Source: Lepidodermella squamata (Eukaryota > Animalia > Gastrotricha). Taken from it: a stretch of DNA of 64,000 nucleotides. The notes under the pieces were generated by a model that saw only the letters and a program-made list of their open reading frames with translations, was not told the DNA's origin and made no database searches. The translations under genes and the position numbers were made by a program. Within the stretch, counting starts at the first letter, position 1. Every line of letters starts with the position of its first letter. This document shows positions 11,884-23,669 of this stretch, one piece after another. Location of the stretch: contig JBLDXI010000001.1 of NCBI GenBank assembly GCA_047495785.1, forward strand, positions 3,906,001 to 3,970,000, written 5' to 3'.

Positions 11884-12161
11884 GAATTTAGAGCATTGAA
11901 GGAAAAATACAAACTGCTTGCTGCCATTCTCATTTTATTTCATGCTAAATGAAAGAAATAGCCACTCGCCACTCGCCACGCTTATCAACCGTATACTTGC
12001 TTTCAGCACTCATGAAAGGAAAATTCCCCCAGCTGAGCCATTGATGTTATTAATGCGAATTAATGAGTTCATTCATCATTTTGAAAAACTCGGAACACTG
12101 ATACCAAAGTGAGAATTAAAATAAATTAACGCAGGCGTGCTACATACAACGCTTTATCTTG

Positions 12162-13346
12162 ATGGTTTTTAGCCTGATTTTGTTGCTTTTCGGAGTGGCT
12201 TCAGCCCAATTTGAGGAAGATTGGATCAATGTCGGCGGTAATGTAGAGCATACGAGTTACAAACCTCATTCCCTCGGTAAAATTTCTGGAGTCGAAATTG
12301 CGTGGAAATATCAGCACAATAACTGGGATCCAATCGATCAGCTCTTCGCATTCAAGGGCAAGCTTTATTCAGTTACAATTTTTGGACATATCAACGTCAT
12401 TGACCCTAACACTGGGAAGCTTATCAGCTCCTATCCCGTTGATCCTACTCCAGTAAACAGCCAGTATGCTCATTCTTCAATCGACCCAGAGACCGAAATG
12501 CTGTTTATTGCCGATATTGCTAACCAATTCCTTTATGGGATTAGTTTGAAATACCCGAGGCCTAGAATTGCGTGGAAGAGATGGATGCATTGCACAGGAA
12601 TCATCGCCAGTCCTGTTCTAAGACGTTTATTCGTCTCCAACTGCAATTCCACTATTTCAAGATGCACTTTGATAGCTCTCGACATGGATTCGGGTGACAA
12701 TATTGACAAATTCGGTTTGAATAAGGATTTCAACACGGTTAACTTGTTTTCACTCTATCAAAATGCTCGCCTCTTGGCAATCACTGATACGGATACATTA
12801 ACAGAGTTTGACTCTCCGAATGATGGAAGTATAAAGTGGAACCTGAAACTTCGAGGGATCGAACAAAGCTACTACCCACCAATTATTGGCGAAAATTTGG
12901 CATTAATTAGTGGATTAACATCCACCGGTAGTATTATCGTATCTTCAGTGCATCTGGACACCGCCTCGGCTGCTTGGTCAACTCCTCCTGGAGATCGAGG
13001 CGATCACTGTGATTCATTCGCTGTATCGCTGGATCAGCATTTCGCCTACAGAAGTTGCGAAGCCGTGATCATAAAATATGACCTGAATAACGGACAGCCT
13101 GTCATGAAAACACAACCCTTGAATGACGGCTCAAATTTTATGGATAAACCAATTATTTTGGACGATTATATCATTGCTCCTATGTCACCGGGTGTTGCGA
13201 TTTTCGACAAATCAACTGGTGCTCTTATGGGTAAATACGTAGATTTGAATGTTAATTTCTCTGGCAATTGGGCTTACTACAACGGCTTAATTTTCGGGGC
13301 TTTGGACGACTTTACAATTTACGCTTTTCATGCTAAACCCCAATGA
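12162..13346 (+). CDS. Secreted PQQ-binding-like (BamB-type) beta-propeller protein, intronless
   Basis: 394-aa single-exon ORF with a signal peptide. N-terminal WINVGGNVEHTSY motif and repeated D..TG...W/Y blade ends (IDPNTGKLISSY, DGSIKWNL, FDKSTGALMGKY). AATAAA-like signal at about 13381. Confidence 0.7.
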   Translation: MVFSLILLLFGVASAQFEEDWINVGGNVEHTSYKPHSLGKISGVEIAWKYQHNNWDPIDQLFAFKGKLYSVTIFGHINVIDPNTGKLISSYPVDPTPVNSQYAHSSIDPETEMLFIADIANQFLYGISLKYPRPRIAWKRWMHCTGIIASPVLRRLFVSNCNSTISRCTLIALDMDSGDNIDKFGLNKDFNTVNLFSLYQNARLLAITDTDTLTEFDSPNDGSIKWNLKLRGIEQSYYPPIIGENLALISGLTSTGSIIVSSVHLDTASAAWSTPPGDRGDHCDSFAVSLDQHFAYRSCEAVIIKYDLNNGQPVMKTQPLNDGSNFMDKPIILDDYIIAPMSPGVAIFDKSTGALMGKYVDLNVNFSGNWAYYNGLIFGALDDFTIYAFHAKPQ

Positions 13347-13497
13347 ACAATGACTGATTTATTTCCGACAATGCATAATCATAAATAATATACTGCAAAG
13401 ACTAGATGAGAATATGAACATGAGAGATAAGTGAATCGATAGCTCAGGCTTTGGGTTATGCTCAAGTCGTGCTGTTGATTTTGTATTACTAATTAGG

Positions 13498-13839
13498 TAC
13501 ATTGTGGAACTACTGGTAAGTTGAACCTTGGCGCGCACGCTGATTGGTCAATTTATTGTTGCTAATGACTCCGGAATGAAACATTTCCGTCGTGCGATCC
13601 ACTAATAAATTATTTTATATTTATGAAAAAAATGACCTTGCCACACCCTCTGCCCGGTTTCCATTGACCACGAGCGTAAACTCCATATTAATTGTGGTAA
13701 ATTGCTGCGGCAAAAAACACTTGTTGTAAAAAATCTTATGGATCGCACGACAGAACGTTTCATCCGGGAGTCATAGCAACGATCGATTGACCAATCAGCG
13801 TGCGCATTGGATTGGACTTTTAAGTGGTCACACAATGTA
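13498..13839. mobile_element. Foldback/MITE-like element with about 70-110 bp imperfect terminal inverted repeats
   Basis: 13533-13601 (gcgcacgctgattggtcaat...cgtcgtgcgatcca) is the reverse complement of 13739-13805 with a few mismatches. The outer tacattgtg/cacaatgta ends also pair. Confidence 0.7.
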
Positions 13840-13908
13840 ATGTAAATTTTTCGGAAAGGATATTTATGACCTGAATTTTTTCTTCGGACTTTCACCGGTA
13901 AGCAAACT

Positions 13909-15320
13909 TCAACGTAGGTCAGCATTCAGTTCAGCTTGAATTTCTGAAAAAGTATAGCTTTATGCTGAGGTTGAGGGATTCTTTTGAAACATTACGAATC
14001 GCACAGTCAGGTCCTGTGAAACCTGGGTCGCAGTCACACGTGTTTGGAGCGGTACACGTTCCACGATGGAAACACTTTTTAGCACAATTTGGCAGGTTGC
14101 AGTCAGGCGGCAGCCAATCAGAAGTGCACATGCAACGATTCGGTCGGACGCATGTTCCGCTGTTAAAACATCCTGATGCGCAGATTGCTAGAATGGATTG
14201 AATACAATTTTTCGAAGTGATGTTTAGCGGGAGAGAGCTTACGAGTGTTGCATGAAGATCCCGTCCACCCTGGACCGCAAACGCAAGTATTCTGGCTGGT
14301 GCATTTGCCGCCAATGCCACAACTTCCGCAAGTAGCTACGATTAAAAAAACGGACTGTTCAGCAAGCCCTGGAATATAATGTTCACGTACGCGTGTTGCA
14401 GTTCCAGCCAGTCCAGCCGGCCTTGCACGTGCATTTGTAACCGCCAATACTTGACAAATCTCCGACGCAGGTGTTATACTGGCAATTTGGCGAGCAGGAT
14501 ATGCCTACCAATTTAATATTTAAAATACCTTTGTAACTAAACGGTATAGGATTTACCAATGATAATTTGGCAAAGTTTTTGTAGATCATCCAGTTCTTGC
14601 TGAGATAGAACTGCTGAATGTACCGACCAGCAGGATAGCTTCGCATTTTCCCAGTAACCATTAGGTACCCTTAAATTAACGCTAATAAGGCGACTTTACT
14701 TTCTCAAAGCGACCTTACCTGTAACCGAATGATAGATTTGGATAAACTACGCTTGTACCACAATTCACTGGAGCCTTTATCACTCCATTGCATCCTCCAT
14801 ATCCTTTCCCAGTCGCCTTGTCAAAGGACATTGAGAAAAAGTTCCACTGAACATTGTTGCTGCAAATCAATTCCAACCTTTGTGGGACCCCTTCGTAACA
14901 CATGAAATAGTTGGCCGTGAAATTCGCGCCCCATAAATGAGCTCCGTTTGAACCACCACTATAAAATTCGGCTATAGGGCCGTTGTGTAGCTGACTGCCT
15001 GGTATATAAAAGCCCGCCAGGGTGTAGGGCCCATTGAGAGCTGACATTGGCAGACCAGTAACGGTGAGGTAACTTGTCTGGTCGATGCTGTTCAATTCGT
15101 ACGCACTTTCAGCCAGCCCATTGGGCCCGGTTGTGGGAATAACGTTAACAGAAGACATTGTGCAGTTGTATCCATTCTTGGATATATCTCGGCATTTAAA
15201 CACAGAACTCATGGGCCATAGAGCAACCAAGTTCGGAAATTTGAGAGAAAGATAACCTCGAATATCTGGAATTGCCAAGGCAATCTGCGGCAGCAATAGA
15301 ACAGCCAGTTGAAATTTCAT
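13909..15320 (-). CDS. Secreted LamG/ConA-like lectin domain + 4 EGF-like repeats, paralog 1
   Basis: Six exons: 15320-14719, ~14669-14558, ~14505-14392, ~14335-14243, ~14188-13996, ~13943-13909. Signal peptide, LVALWPM...W.F.SMSFD...LSQQELDDL LamG3-like pattern, four EGF modules (C..GC.N.GTC..PN.C.C...W...C). Confidence 0.8.
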
Positions 15321-16560
15321 TATTGTTCTAATTAACAAATTGTTGGTGATTGGTGATTGGATACAGCGGAAGTTACTTAAATAAGCTGCTTTCAGCTTCT
15401 ATGGAAACTTTTAACCGAAATGTTAGAATTATTTGGATTTGAAGAAGCTCTCATAAATTATAAGGACATTTTAAATTGCGAATAATTATGCTCCCTAAAT
15501 TAATATTGATTCTTTAGTGAAGTTCGGGAGAAGATGCCAATGTAATCATCTATCACTGATACCCATTGCTATCATTGTGGAGCCCTGGAAAGGTTATACA
15601 AGATAACAATGCTGATGACTTTTGCTTTCAGCTGATGACTTTTGCTAGATTGCTGAAGTATTACAGGGACAAAAGCGGGGTCATTGTTTTCTTGACGTGA
15701 CGTTGAGACAGTTTTTCTTTCGCAGATGAAAAATATATAAATGATGTAATTTGAAATCGCATCGATTTCGTGCATACTAGGTGGCCGGTTGCTCATTTAT
15801 TTTGATGCCAGAATCCGCTTTCCCACGTGCAACCCCGGCACAAGTTCGCACACGTAGGTGGTAAACAGATTTTTTTATTTTTGCCTTAGAAGCAACGTCG
15901 ATAAAATGTGCGACCTACAGCGCGAATTCCGACGCCGTCTACATTGAATATTTATTTGATATATGTAGCTGGCTTAATTATTAGAGTCTACGCAACAATA
16001 TAGACGTCTTCCACAATCTTGAGTCAGTGTGGTATATAAATTACGATATTGATGAGATGCAGATAATATGACAAAACCATAGATCTTCACAGCGTAAAAA
16101 ATCGTGCACTTCGCCGGTGGAAGTTTACGGCTAACATCGAAAAGTCATTTTCATTAAATTGAAATTACGCGCGACAAATTCGAAATTCCGAAATCTTCCA
16201 TCCCGCAGTGAAAGGTTTATCATAAGGAAGGTAGCATACATACATAATTTTGACACAAAACATAACTACCCGGTGCGCCTTACCTGAGCACGAAAAGAAA
16301 AAAGCGTGTAAGCAAACAAAGCGTGACATATTCGGTGCGAACTTGCAAGGCGATTCCAAATATTCTGCTGCTATCTTCGAAGGAAACCGTCATTAATGCC
16401 ACAGAGTGAGTAGAGCTTCACGACTGCAGGGCCTGTCAAATCGCCTGTTCTTCGAATTCGGCCTGGTGGGTTGTGATATCGGAGTCGCCAGCAATGAGTT
16501 TCAAAAATGTGTAAATAGGTGGTATTTATTTGTTATGTTCTTATGCAAAACAGTAGAGTT

Positions 16561-17430
16561 TGTGAAATAAAAGCGTAACTTTATTTATCCATTCAAGTGG
16601 TCATTGAAGTATAATAATATCGCAGCAATCTTACGACCGGAATTGCTTCTTTACGTTAGATTTGCCTCCGTCAATTTGTTAGGAAATTTTCGACCAATAT
16701 GAGAGGTGAGAGGAACAAAAAGAGTGACAGATGATAGTAGGATTGTAAAACATTCAGCTAAAGATGGAAATAAAGAAATTCGGTGATGCATTGTACATCG
16801 AATCTTATACTAAACCTTCAAAGTTCCGCGTCTAGTCCGTTTGATTCACTATTGATTGCTTGAAAAAAAGAGACGATATTTCGGAGTATTATCTGCGCAT
16901 TTAAAAACTTACGAGTCCTGCACTCAGGCCCAGTAAAACCTGGGTTGCAATCACAAGTGTTTGGTGCAATGCATATCCCTCGATAAAAGCACTTTTTCGG
17001 ACAGCGTGGCAAGTTACAGTCGGGAGGCAGCCAATCCGAGGTGCACATGCATCGATTCGGTCGGACACAAGTTCCACCATTAGCACATCCAGAAGGGCAG
17101 ATTGCTGCAAACATGAAAAGCGGGGTCTAAATGAAATGAGTGTCACAGCAGTCTAGTTACGAGTATCACATGAAGACCCCGTCCATCCGGAACCACAAAT
17201 ACAGGTATTTGGGCTAGAGCATTTGCCGCCAATGCCACAACTTGTGCAAGCAGCTATGTTTCGAAATAAAGCGGACTGTTCAGCGAGCCTCGTAATATAA
17301 TTGGTAATACGTACGAGTGTTGCAGTTCCAGCCAGTCCAGCCGGCCTTGCACGTGCATCTATACCCGCCGATACGGGACAAATCTCCGACGCAGGTGTTA
17401 TTCTGGCAATTAGACGAACAGGATATACCT
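16561..17430. repeat. Near-identical duplicated block (copy A; copy B at ~19498-20305)
   Basis: 16870-~17408 matches 19745-~20283, including introns. 16561-16745 closely matches 19498-19682. Confidence 0.9.
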
Positions 17431-18914
17431 AACCCCGAGCACAACGTATTCAGAATATATATCACAGCATTCGGAATTGGTTTTACCACTGATTATTAGG
17501 CACATTTTTCTGAGATTATCCAGTTCTTGCTGAGATAGAGCTGCTGAATGTACTGACCAGCAGGCTAGCTTCCCATTGACCCAGTCGGCAGCATTGGGTC
17601 CGTCGGCGCTTCTATATTCGTCGGAAAAATTGAGTAATATTCTATAAGGCAGCGTCATATGTCTACTTGAGCAAGGTGAGGCTAATGCTCATGCTAAATC
17701 CTATGGTTATGCCTCGTAGGACACCATATCAAAACCTAAAACGAATGAAATTTTGTTGGGAATGGGCGGACATTTTCAAGCAAAAATTCAAGAATCGATT
17801 GCTTATTAGGTAACCTCAGACTGGCACGATCTATTCCAACTTTGCATCCGGGAAGGAACCGTCGATCACATTCTGCCTAGCCCGCAGTCCATCCCGCAGC
17901 CTATCCCGCACTGCGTCCCGCAGCTGAGATTATGGAGGGCAGTGCTCCGAGTACGGGGCGACCTACGGAATACTTCGCGAGTTACTTACTCTTGTAATAA
18001 AATAATTCTTGGAATGCGAATACGAATGCAAGCTGGTGCTACTTATTAATCCCAAATCTCGAAAATGTCTAATGTAGTATTTTTGTTTGCGCACCGTGAT
18101 GATTAAGAACAATGGCTCCGGCCCCTGAGCAATTTTCAATGTTTCCAATTACTTTGTTAATTAAGAAAATCGGCATAATGCATGCGATCCGCCAAGTAAA
18201 TATTAGTCAGAATCCATCATAAAACGAGTTAGGAAAAAGTGGCATCCCGCGAAACGAAATCAGGAACCCTTTAATTAGCTGAATAAGCCGACTTTAATTC
18301 CTTAACAGACCGTACCTGAAACCGAATGATAGAGTAGGATAAACCACGCTTGCAGTACAATCTCCTGGAGTCGCTATCACTCCATTGCATCCTCCATATA
18401 TTTTCGCAGTCGCCTTGTCAAAGGACATTGAAACAAAGCTCCACCGAGAAATGTTGCCGCAATTATTCGGCACATATCCCCAACCTTGCCAACATACGAC
18501 AGTAGTTAGCGTGGTATTATAGGACCAAAAATGAGCCCCGATGGAACTACCACTATAAAATTCGGCGATAGGGCCGCTATTTTGCCGACTGCCTGGTATA
18601 AAAAAGCCCGCCATGGTGTAAGCCGCATTAAGAGCTGACGTTGGCAGACCATTGACGATTAAGTAACTCGCCTTGTCGATGCGGTTCAATTCGTACGCAC
18701 TGTCAGCCAACCCAGTTGGCCCGGCTGTGGAAAAAACGTTAGCAGATGTCATGGTGCAGTTGTATCCATTCTTGTAAATATCTCGGCATTTGAAAAGAGG
18801 GCTCATCGGCCACAGAGCAACCAAATTCGGAAATTTGAGAGAAAGATAACCGACTACATCCGGAATAGCCAAGGCCATCTCTGGCAACAATAGAACACCC
18901 AGGTAAAATTTCAT
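16818..18914 (-). CDS. Secreted LamG/ConA-like + 4 EGF protein, paralog 2
   Basis: Exon 1 is 18914-18316. The productive exon 2 starts at 17611 (RSADGPNAADWVNGKLACW). EGF exons run to ~16912. The last exon ~16858-16818 encodes PINSESNGLDAEL*. Confidence 0.75.
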
Positions 18915-19689
18915 TATTGTTCTTGTTATCAATCTTTGGTTATTGGAATCAGTATATCTGTAAAACCTAGGATTTTCAAGAAAACAGACAACCTGTTGAT
19001 TTAGAATGGCTTGTGGAGTAACAGCAGTTACTCATGCTAAGATGCTTACTACAATGTGGCGAGACTTCTTCTCGGGAATAAACTTCCCGAAAATTGTTGC
19101 GCATATTGATCTGCGTTCATACCCTTTTTCATTGGCAGATTGCAAATGCCAATTTACAATCGCCACACAAGTTCGCATCAAACAGGTGGTGATTTCTACC
19201 GGCTCATTGATTTTAGTGCCAGCAGTATCCGCTTTGCACGGCGCGTGCCGCGTGCCACCCCTGCACTAGTTCACACGTGTACGAAATTTTAGACTTTTCT
19301 TCTCAGCTGTTTAACGTCAATCAAATGTAATATATCATCAGCAATGAGTTTAAAAGATAACAAGCCCACCGCGCAGTCTTACACTTTCTATATTTTCTAC
19401 ATTTTTCATATGTATCCATAGGGACAATAACATGCAGAGGGCCCAGGCGCATGCTCCACCCGTTTATATCCAAAAGCATAACGAAACTTGATTTATTGTG
19501 AAATAACTGCGAAACTTTATTTATCCATTCAAGTGGTCATTGAAGTATAATAATATCGCAGCAATCTTACGACCGGAATTGCTTCTTTACGTTAGATTTG
19601 CCTCCGTCAATTTGTTAGGAAATTTTCGACCAATATGAGAGGTGAGAGGAACAAAAAGAGTGACAGATGATAGTAGGATTGCATAACAT

Positions 19690-21155
19690 TCAGCTATATA
19701 TGGAAATAATGAAATTCGGTGAAATAATGAAATCATTGTACATCGAGACGATATTTCGGAGTATTATCTGCGCATTTAAAAACTTACGAGTCCTGCACTC
19801 AGGCCCAGTAAAACCTGGGTTGCAATCACAAGTGTTTGGTGCAATGCATATCCCTCGATAAAAGCACTTTTTCGGACAGCGTGGCAAGTTACAGTCGGGA
19901 GGCAGCCAATCCGAGGTGCACATGCATCGATTCGGTCGGACACAAGTTCCACCATTAGCACATCCAGAAGGGCAGATTGCTGCAAACATGAAAAGCGGGG
20001 TCTAAATGAAATGAGTGTCACAGCAGTCTAGTTACGAGTATCACATGAAGACCCCGTCCATCCGGAACCACAAATACAGGTATTTGGGCTAGAGCATTTG
20101 CCGCCAATGCCACAACTTGTGCAAGCAGCTATGTTTCGAAATAAAGCGGACTGTTCAGCGAGCCTCGTAATATAATTGGTAATACGTACGAGTGTTGCAG
20201 TTCCAGCCAGTCCAGCCGGCCTTGCACGTGCATCTATACCCGCCGATACGGGACAAATCTCCGACGCAGGTGTTATTCTGGCAATTGGGCGAGCAAGATA
20301 TACCTAGCGATGAAGATGTCTCTAAAATAGATAGGTACTTAAGAATTCGGAACAGGGTTTACCGCTTATTATGAGACAAATCTCTCTTAGAGCATCAGTT
20401 TCTTCTTGGGTTAGAGCTGCTGCATGCACTGACCAGCAGGCTAGCTTCGGATTGGTCCAGTACGGCGGACCCAACCTTAAATCATTTAAGTAAGTTGATG
20501 TTTCTAGCTCTCAAAGACCTTACCGGTAACCGAATATAAGATTGGGATATGCCGTGCCGCCAGCAGGGCAACTCACTGGTGCCCCAGCAACTTCATCACA
20601 TCCTCCATAAGCTTGCGCCGCCGTCTTGTTCACGGACATGGAGATAAAGTGCCACTGAACAATATCTCGACACGAAAAAATCACATATTGTGTCGAGGGG
20701 TTACCGCATATGAAAACTAGAGTCTTCGTATTTGTATCAGCGGTGTTCGACTGATTTGTGCGCCACATGTGAGCTCCCACCAACGAGGTTCCACTGAACG
20801 TTTCGACAAGTGGGCCTGTAACCGGCCGATTTCCGGGTAGAAAGAACCCAGCTATGGTGTACGATCCATTGAATGCCCAGCTAGGCAGACTATTAACGGT
20901 AATGTAACTGGTCTGGTCAACGCGATTCAATTCGTAAGCACTGTCTATTAACCCTGCAGGTCCTGGCGTAGGCAAAACGTTAGCAGAGGACATTGTGCAG
21001 TTGATGCCATTCTTGTAGATATCTCGGCATTTAAACAGAGGGTTCATGGGCCAAAGAGCAACCAAATTCGGAAATTTGAAAGAAAGATAACCGACAGTAT
21101 CCGGAATCGCCAAGGCAATCTGTGGCAGCAATAGAATAGCCAGTTGACATTTCAT
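19690..21155 (-). CDS. Secreted LamG/ConA-like + 4 EGF protein, paralog 3 (terminal exon deleted)
   Basis: Exon 1 is 21155-20524 and exon 2 is ~20475-20363. The EGF exons are nearly identical to paralog 2. The final exon is absent, so the ORF reads through the last intron to a stop at 19690. Confidence 0.72.
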
Positions 21156-22099
21156 TTTTGTTCTGATTTTTAATTGATAATCAGGATGAGCTTATGTATT
21201 TCTAATAAGCTGTTTTCATCTCCTAACCTGTGGAAACAGATAACTTGTATTGAATACCTTGAGAAGATTGAGACGATGCAAGATTGATGCCACAAAATTG
21301 TGAGCTATGGCTGATGCCACTCGCTTGCACGGTACTGCTGTGGACCCTGGCAAACAAATATAACACTATGACATCAATGCTAACATCCTTCTAATAAATA
21401 AGGAATAAAGATTGCACAGGTTTGCTTCCTCGCCTGGACCAGCAACGACGCCCTACCTTTGAAACAGGGAAGATCATCTCTGCCATCAGCCCAGCTTCCT
21501 CTACACAGCATAAGCGACGTAGAGAACGGAGTGATCTGTGACAACTGACTGTGGCTGATTATGTGTTGCGCTTTCAGTTATTGATCTACCATTTTTTTGA
21601 TGCGGTTTTTTTCTTTGGTGGATGGCAAGTTCGCACCAAACCAAACACACATGAGTTGGTTTGTTGCTCACCACGTGCTCACTATTTGCGCGTGCCACCC
21701 CTGCACCTATTCGCACACGGACCGGGTTATATCGATGTATTTGTGACGTCGATCAGCTTTGTATAACAAAAAAATATGCTTTAGCGTGTCGCACCGGAGT
21801 ATTTCCGAGGCTTGTTCTTTCAACTCTACAACTCAAACGGGTGCTCGTAATAAATTAAATTTATTATCAAATTTCTGGCTCGAAAAAGCTAAATCATGTG
21901 CCATAAGTAGCAACGCTAATTATAACTTATTACGATTGAATGTTACGCAACAAACACGACTGATTGTTAAGGTTTAAGCATCATTCCTCCAGTTTATTAA
22001 GTCAAAATCAAGCAAATAAGAATTCGATATTTTACAGAAAAGAAAGCCGCGCAGCAAAAAATTGAACACGTGCAACCATTTTGTTGACCACATTCTTGA

Positions 22100-23669
22100 T
22101 CAGCGCAATGTCGCTAAAACGTCAAAACGAGGCGGCGTGTGGAGACTTGCCCAGAGGCCCTCCCCGAGATCTTTTTGCGGAGTTACGATATCAAACTTGA
22201 ATCGTTGCAGAAGTGATGTAAGCACAATAAAAAATTCTGTTCTCGCCAACGATTCGCCTAAGCAGATTCTGGAGCCCAGGCCGAATGGCATGAAGTGCGA
22301 ATAATGACTCAGCAGTTTCCCATCGGGGCTGATCCATCTTTCAGGCCGAAATTCCTCCGGTTTATCCCAATAAGTCGGATCGTGATGAAGCGCTACCAAA
22401 TTGTACATAACAGCTGTATAGGGCGGTACGTCGTACTTGCCAGCAAGTTTAGCTGGCTTACCATCATTGCAATGATTAACCCCAAGTGGAACTATGACGG
22501 AGTGGCGTAAGGTTTCGTGAAAAACTGCGTCAATGTAGACCAGATTGGGCCTGTCAGAATGGGCCGGCATTCTATTAGGTTCAACTTGCTTATCTATCGC
22601 CTCGTGGCACTTCTTTTGGATATCAGGATTTAGGCATAGATAGTAAATGCCCCAGGAAATCGAGGTTGCCGTAGTATCCGTCCCAGCTAAGAACATATCA
22701 GCCATAGCCCAGGAGAAATCGTCCAGACTAACGGCGCCTTCTTTGTCCATTTCTGCGGAGATGAAGAGGTCAGGGAAGTCGCGAGGGTTGTTGATATCAT
22801 GGTCCAGGCGATGCTCAGCTATCGCTTTCGTTACCACACGCTTAAGGAAAGCATGTACAACTTTGTAAGATTTCACCTGTGAATAGAAATGTAAAATCGA
22901 AATGAACGAGAACAATATGGAAAAATACCGGCGTTGGTTCGAAAAATCGAGCTAAGAATGGGAAAGCAACAAGTCCAGCAGACTCCGCCGCTGTAGTTGT
23001 CCCGAAAATTTTGTCAAGCTCATCAAGAAAACGAACCAGCTCGGGGTCTTTCATGTTTTCGTACCGTTTGCCAAAGATAAGAGATGCCATGACATTAGCA
23101 ACGGATGGGAGTATCATTGGCCTTGGCCAGAACGGAGTTTCTTTGCGCGCAAGATTTTCTACGGCATCGACAAGAAAAGTAGCCTCTTCCTGGATTTTCA
23201 CGACCATGGCTTGTCTACCCATGCCGAAATCCCGCATAGCGCGAAGCCCGAATCTTCGGTTTCTACGCCAAGACTCTCCACTGGTTACTAGGATCCCTTC
23301 GCCAATTGTGTTGAAGCCAGGCAGTGATCGCTCGATGCGGCCTTCGAAGTTCTTCCCGTTCTCCCCAGCTAGCTGCTCTCGAACAATTTTAGCGTCACTT
23401 ATACCGATAACTCGCATTGCACCCATGTAGACTGTGTAGATGGGCCCGTATTCGTCGCCAATCTTTTTGATTGCAACCGGGACTTGCTCGCCGCGATACT
23501 TGAAGAGTATGTACCAAATAGAGCCAAGGTATGGCACAGGAGTTGGTCCAGGTGGTAGACGGTAGAATGCCCAGTCTTTTATGTACATAATGCTTCCGTA
23601 TAGGACGAAGGCGGCTGCGGCAAGAACGTGCCACCAATCACGGGCGAGGTTGAAAACTAATTCAATCAT
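22100..23669 (-). CDS. Cytochrome P450, clan 2 (CYP2-like)
   Basis: Exons 23669-22929 and 22876-22100 (52-nt intron). N-terminal TM, PPGPTPVP, WRRNR, AGTDTT, ETLR, PERW and heme motif FGLGSRICLG. Confidence 0.93.
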
